The position numbers were made by a program, and so were the translations under genes. Shown here one piece after another: positions 63,012-64,000 of a stretch of 64,000 bases of DNA. Source of the stretch: Laetmonice hystrix. Its lineage: Eukaryota. The stretch is taken from the NCBI GenBank assembly GCA_965235115.1, contig OZ249436.1, positions 23,624,001 through 23,688,000 of the forward strand, in the 5' to 3' direction. The stretch's first letter is position 1. Each line of letters starts with the position of its first letter. Below the pieces are notes generated by a model. It was not told the DNA's origin. It made no database searches and worked only from the letters and a program-made list of their open reading frames with translations.

Positions 63012-64000
63012 TGGCAGGCAAATGCTTCCTTCAATGGAATTGTCGAGGTTTTAGAGCCAATTTTAATGAGCTCAGACTTTTAGCAGAAAACCTCAATCCT
63101 CTTGCCTTTTGCCTACAAGAAACATTTCTTACTGCCCGAGACAAGGTCTCATTTAAGGGCTATCACACTTTCTTTGGTTTTGCACCAGATGGTGACCGTG
63201 CTATTCTGGTTCGACAAGACCTCATCCATAGCCCTATTACAATAAACACACCATTGCAAGCAATAGCCATACGCCTAACTCTACATAAAGCCATCACTGT
63301 CTGCTCCATATACATTCCCCCAAACAGTAACTTGGCCCACCAGGATCTTGATGATTTAGTGGGTCAACTGCCAACTCCGTATCTCCTTTTGGGAGATTTT
63401 AATGGCCACAATCCCTTATGGGGTGGCACCACAACTGATGGCAAGGGCAAGAGGATTGAAGAGTTCATTGATAATCATGCTCTATGCATTTTTAATGATG
63501 GTTCAAACACATACCTACATCCTGGTCATGGCACCTATACAGCCATTGACCTTGCAATAGCCAAACCAGATCTGCTGCTGGATTTCTCCTGGAGGGTCTT
63601 GGACGACCTTTGCGGGAGTGACCACTTTCCCACCATCCTTACATATGAAGGACCCAGTATAGGGGAAAAACAACAAAGGTGGCAACTTAAGAAAGCCGAC
63701 TGGCACTCCTTCCAGGCCCTCTGTCGGGAGGAATTCAGAGCAGACAACATTAACGATCCTGAAGCAATGGATGATTTTACCTCGCTTTTAATCTCCATTG
63801 CAGACAGGACGGTTCCTAAAACCTCGACAATTCATAAACATGTCTCAAATCCATGGTTTAATGATGACTGCAAACAGGCAATTAAAGACCGGAAGAAAGC
63901 AGAACGCCTTTTTAACAGGCACCCAACTGCAGTGAACCTTACCAACTTTAAAATCATGAGAGCAAGGGCACGCCGTATCTGTAAAGAGAGACGGAGGCAG
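63011..64000 (+). CDS. LINE ORF2 N-terminus (APE endonuclease), partial
   Basis: MAGKCFLQWNCRG...CLQET...GDFNGHN...SDHFP; no stop seen before the window end; the ATG overlaps the ORF1 stop (TGATG). Confidence 0.9.
   Translation, partial: MAGKCFLQWNCRGFRANFNELRLLAENLNPLAFCLQETFLTARDKVSFKGYHTFFGFAPDGDRAILVRQDLIHSPITINTPLQAIAIRLTLHKAITVCSIYIPPNSNLAHQDLDDLVGQLPTPYLLLGDFNGHNPLWGGTTTDGKGKRIEEFIDNHALCIFNDGSNTYLHPGHGTYTAIDLAIAKPDLLLDFSWRVLDDLCGSDHFPTILTYEGPSIGEKQQRWQLKKADWHSFQALCREEFRADNINDPEAMDDFTSLLISIADRTVPKTSTIHKHVSNPWFNDDCKQAIKDRKKAERLFNRHPTAVNLTNFKIMRARARRICKERRRQ

Larger units (their letters stand above)
61199..64000 (+). mobile_element. I-group (Nimb-like) LINE with an intact 5' end, running off the window
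   Basis: About 520-nt 5' UTR, ORF1 and open ORF2; 63224-64000 is highly similar to 16837-17613. Confidence 0.92.

Overview
Animal (eukaryotic) genomic DNA, probably a marine invertebrate or lophotrochozoan; this is inferred from the repeat content. The window lies entirely inside one large + strand collagen gene. Fifteen Gly-X-Y exons (108-279 bp, all multiples of 9, all bounded by AG/GT with the Gly codon split G|GN) total 2178 bp, or 242 triplets, with a single Gly->Glu imperfection. The gene start and end lie outside the window. The introns are packed with mobile DNA. The largest item is an 11.3-kb non-coding element with the split-direct-repeat architecture of Ngaro/PAT-type tyrosine-recombinase retroelements, internally duplicated in tandem, with diverged relatives at about 19 kb and 56 kb. 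There are two copies of an I/Nimb-like LINE family: one RT-deleted and fused to a tRNA-SINE, one with an intact 5' end that begins with a pseudoknot-like structured leader. Also present are two CR1/L2-group RT fragments, tRNA-derived SINEs, Academ-, Sola-, Harbinger- and Tc1/mariner-like non-autonomous elements (often nested) and several minisatellites. All coordinates, counts and folds were derived by eye, and superfamily assignments are inferences from termini, TSDs and motifs.
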